Positions 61,691 to 64,000 of a DNA stretch of 64,000 nt are shown one piece after another. This DNA is from Octopus sinensis (taxonomy: Eukaryota): the NCBI RefSeq assembly GCF_006345805.1, contig NC_042997.1:157852001-157916000 (forward strand), read 5' to 3'. Below the pieces are notes generated by a model. That model searched no databases. It was given only the letters and a program-made list of their open reading frames with translations, and had not been told where the DNA came from. Every line of letters begins with the position of its first letter. Position 1 is the first letter of the stretch. Position numbers and translations under genes: made by a program.

Positions 61691-63320
61691 GTGGGTAGTA
61701 TGGATGTAGTTTCACTCTACCCATCAATACACATAGATTTATCTGTGGAAAAATGCATTGAGATTATCTGTGAGAGTGAAATAGAATTATGTGAAGTCAA
61801 CATGAGGGAACTGGGCCTCCTTAAACTAAGCTATCACTGTAACTACCTAGACAACCATGACCTTAGTAAATTCTGCACCACCAGGTCACAGAGAGGAAGA
61901 CCACCTACCATTACCTCGGCAGTGAAGAAAAGAACCGCAGATCGCTGGAGTGGCTGGACCATTCCCACTCAGGACCCTGAGAACAACAGTCAGATGAAAA
62001 GAATGATTGCACATGCAATAGGGACTAGTTTAAGAATCACCTCGAAGAACCATATGGTAAAGTTTAACAGGAAACTATACATGCAGGTTCAAGGTGCAGC
62101 CATTGGTATCGGTGTGACTGGAGATGTGGCCGGTCTCTTCATGACCTGGTGGGAGAGAAAACTTAAACATCCCTTAGTGGAACAAAATACAACTGTTTTG
62201 CTTTACTGTAAGTATGTAGATGGCATTAATATTCTATTTAGGACAAACTCTAGTAACTGTAGTGTAGAAAACGAGTGGAGCATAATGGAGAGCATCCAGC
62301 ACGTAACTAATTCAATCCACCAAAGTATCAAGGCAAGTATCTACCCCACTAGATACCCTAAAAATAAATTCCCTGTTCTTGATACTGAATTTTGGTTAGA
62401 GACTGTGAACAACAGAGTGAAGCTCCTCCATTCCTATTACATGAAACCCATAGCTTCTAAATATGTTGTTCACAAGAACTCAGCTTTGTCACACAACATG
62501 AAAATCAACATACTGATAACAGAATTAATTAGTATAATGAACAACGTGTCCCCACTATGCAAACCCTATGAAACAAAGAAATATGTACAGAACTTCCTGC
62601 ACCGCATCAATTCTCTGGATATGATCAGAAAGATAGGGTTCGGTTATACAAGGGAGCTAGAAAGAAGCTAGATAGCATTATAGGTAACGAAAACAATGGT
62701 GCCTGCCTTAGATATAGAAGTAGAGACTAGAACAGGATACAAAGAGTTTGAGTCAAAGCAAACAGGGTGAACACGTAGTACAAGACCGACAAATATCAAG
62801 GAGTGATGTATGTAGAGTCTACAGCCCATGGAGAACTAGCCCGAAAATTTAGGAAACCTGTGGAGGAGACCAAACCCAACATTAGGATTATTGAAAAGCC
62901 AAGGAGCTCTATCAGATCACAACTATGTAAGACGTATCTTTTGAGACTACCATATGCACCAATGACAACCGTATGATACGTAGCATTAACTGTAGAACTA
63001 GAAATGTAGTCTACAACATAATGTGCATAGCAGCTGCTTGTAAAGAAAGAACATGGTATACATAGGTGAGACATCTAGAAGCATTGCGAAAAGACAAAAA
63101 TTAATATTTGAGACAATATGACGACAAAAAACAGTCTTCCATACTCTACCAACATACTAAGGACCAACATGGAGGCATGTTGGTTCAACCCGACATCCGC
63201 ATTTTATCTGAGCACCCAAAGGACCCAACACTCGGACAAATACAGGAGTACGTCTTCATAAACGAAACATTCCCAGTACGAAATAGAAACATACGTAGAA
63301 GGTTGTCATACTCCAATACT
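61691..63320 (+). mobile_element. Penelope-like element (Naiad-like), RT + GIY-YIG endonuclease, 5'-truncated and degraded
   Basis: SMDVVSLYPSI…QVQGAAIGIGVTGDVAGLFMTWWE…KYVDGI…LDTEFW…YYMKP, then in shifted frames SGYDQKDR, NCRTRNVVYNIMC…YIGETSRSIAKR…H…H…DPTLGQIQE. Confidence 0.85.
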
Positions 63321-64000
63321 CACAGTTTATATACACAGGTAGAGTTGTTAGCAGACTGTTATGCAGACGTGTATATATGTATGTGTGTGTGTGTGCGCGA
63401 GTGTGTGTGTGTATGTATGTGAGTATGTGTGCGTGTGTGTAGGTAAATGAATATGTATGTAAACAGATAGTTAAGTAGATAGGTAATATGGATAAGCACT
63501 CACACGCATACATACATACAAACACAAATACACTGAAACATATGACCATATGCCCACACGCACACTTCACATATACAAGGACAGATATGGAGACACACAT
63601 CCGTACATAACAGTCGCAAGTACGTAGTCACGCAAACCCATGCACATAGACACACTCAAACGTGCTCACACAGGGAGGCAGAGATACACACACAAATACA
63701 CACAGGCATACATAAAAACACACACACACAACACAAACATGAACACACAAACACATGAATACGAAAATACATACATACATACATACAAGTGTACAGACAT
63801 GCATACACATATAAGAGTATTGTAGTTCGCTTGAAGCATTGTGTATTGTTTGTAAACAATAAAAAGTTTTGAATGGTACAACAATGCACTATGATACAGA
63901 CAATGGGCTATATACCTGTTGTAATTTAGTCATCCATAGTCTGATATGATATTTTGGAACAATATTCCTTCTTCAGATATTCTTAGATGGAATCGCTGAA

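Overview
AT-rich, microsatellite- and transposon-dense eukaryotic DNA. The SINE, R4/Dong, Tx1 and Penelope content looks like an octopus or other coleoid cephalopod genome; this is an inference from family recognition, not a search. I cannot support any host protein-coding gene, and almost all ORF-track entries are microsatellite translations or transposon fragments. Contents: (i) at least four lineages of R4/Dong-clade RLE non-LTR retrotransposons, including one near full-length copy (~37.0-40.95 kb, minus), mostly abutting (TAA)n with the same strand polarity, plus an apparently non-coding ~554-bp element with the same target; (ii) Penelope-like element (PLE) remnants, including a Naiad-like RT + GIY-YIG copy at 61.7-63.3 kb; (iii) Tx1/L1 and mariner remnants and about 25 tRNA-derived SINE copies of three families. 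The most notable signal is invisible to the ORF track: many type I hammerhead ribozyme (HHR) motifs, with about 7 canonical cores and several variants. Most have a palindromic stem III and sit in short PLE-derived inserts in or near (TA)n tracts, and several are arranged as long fold-back palindromes or tandem units. Four HHR cores cluster within about 1 kb at 50.35-51.38 kb. All structures and coordinates were worked out by hand, and element boundaries are approximate.
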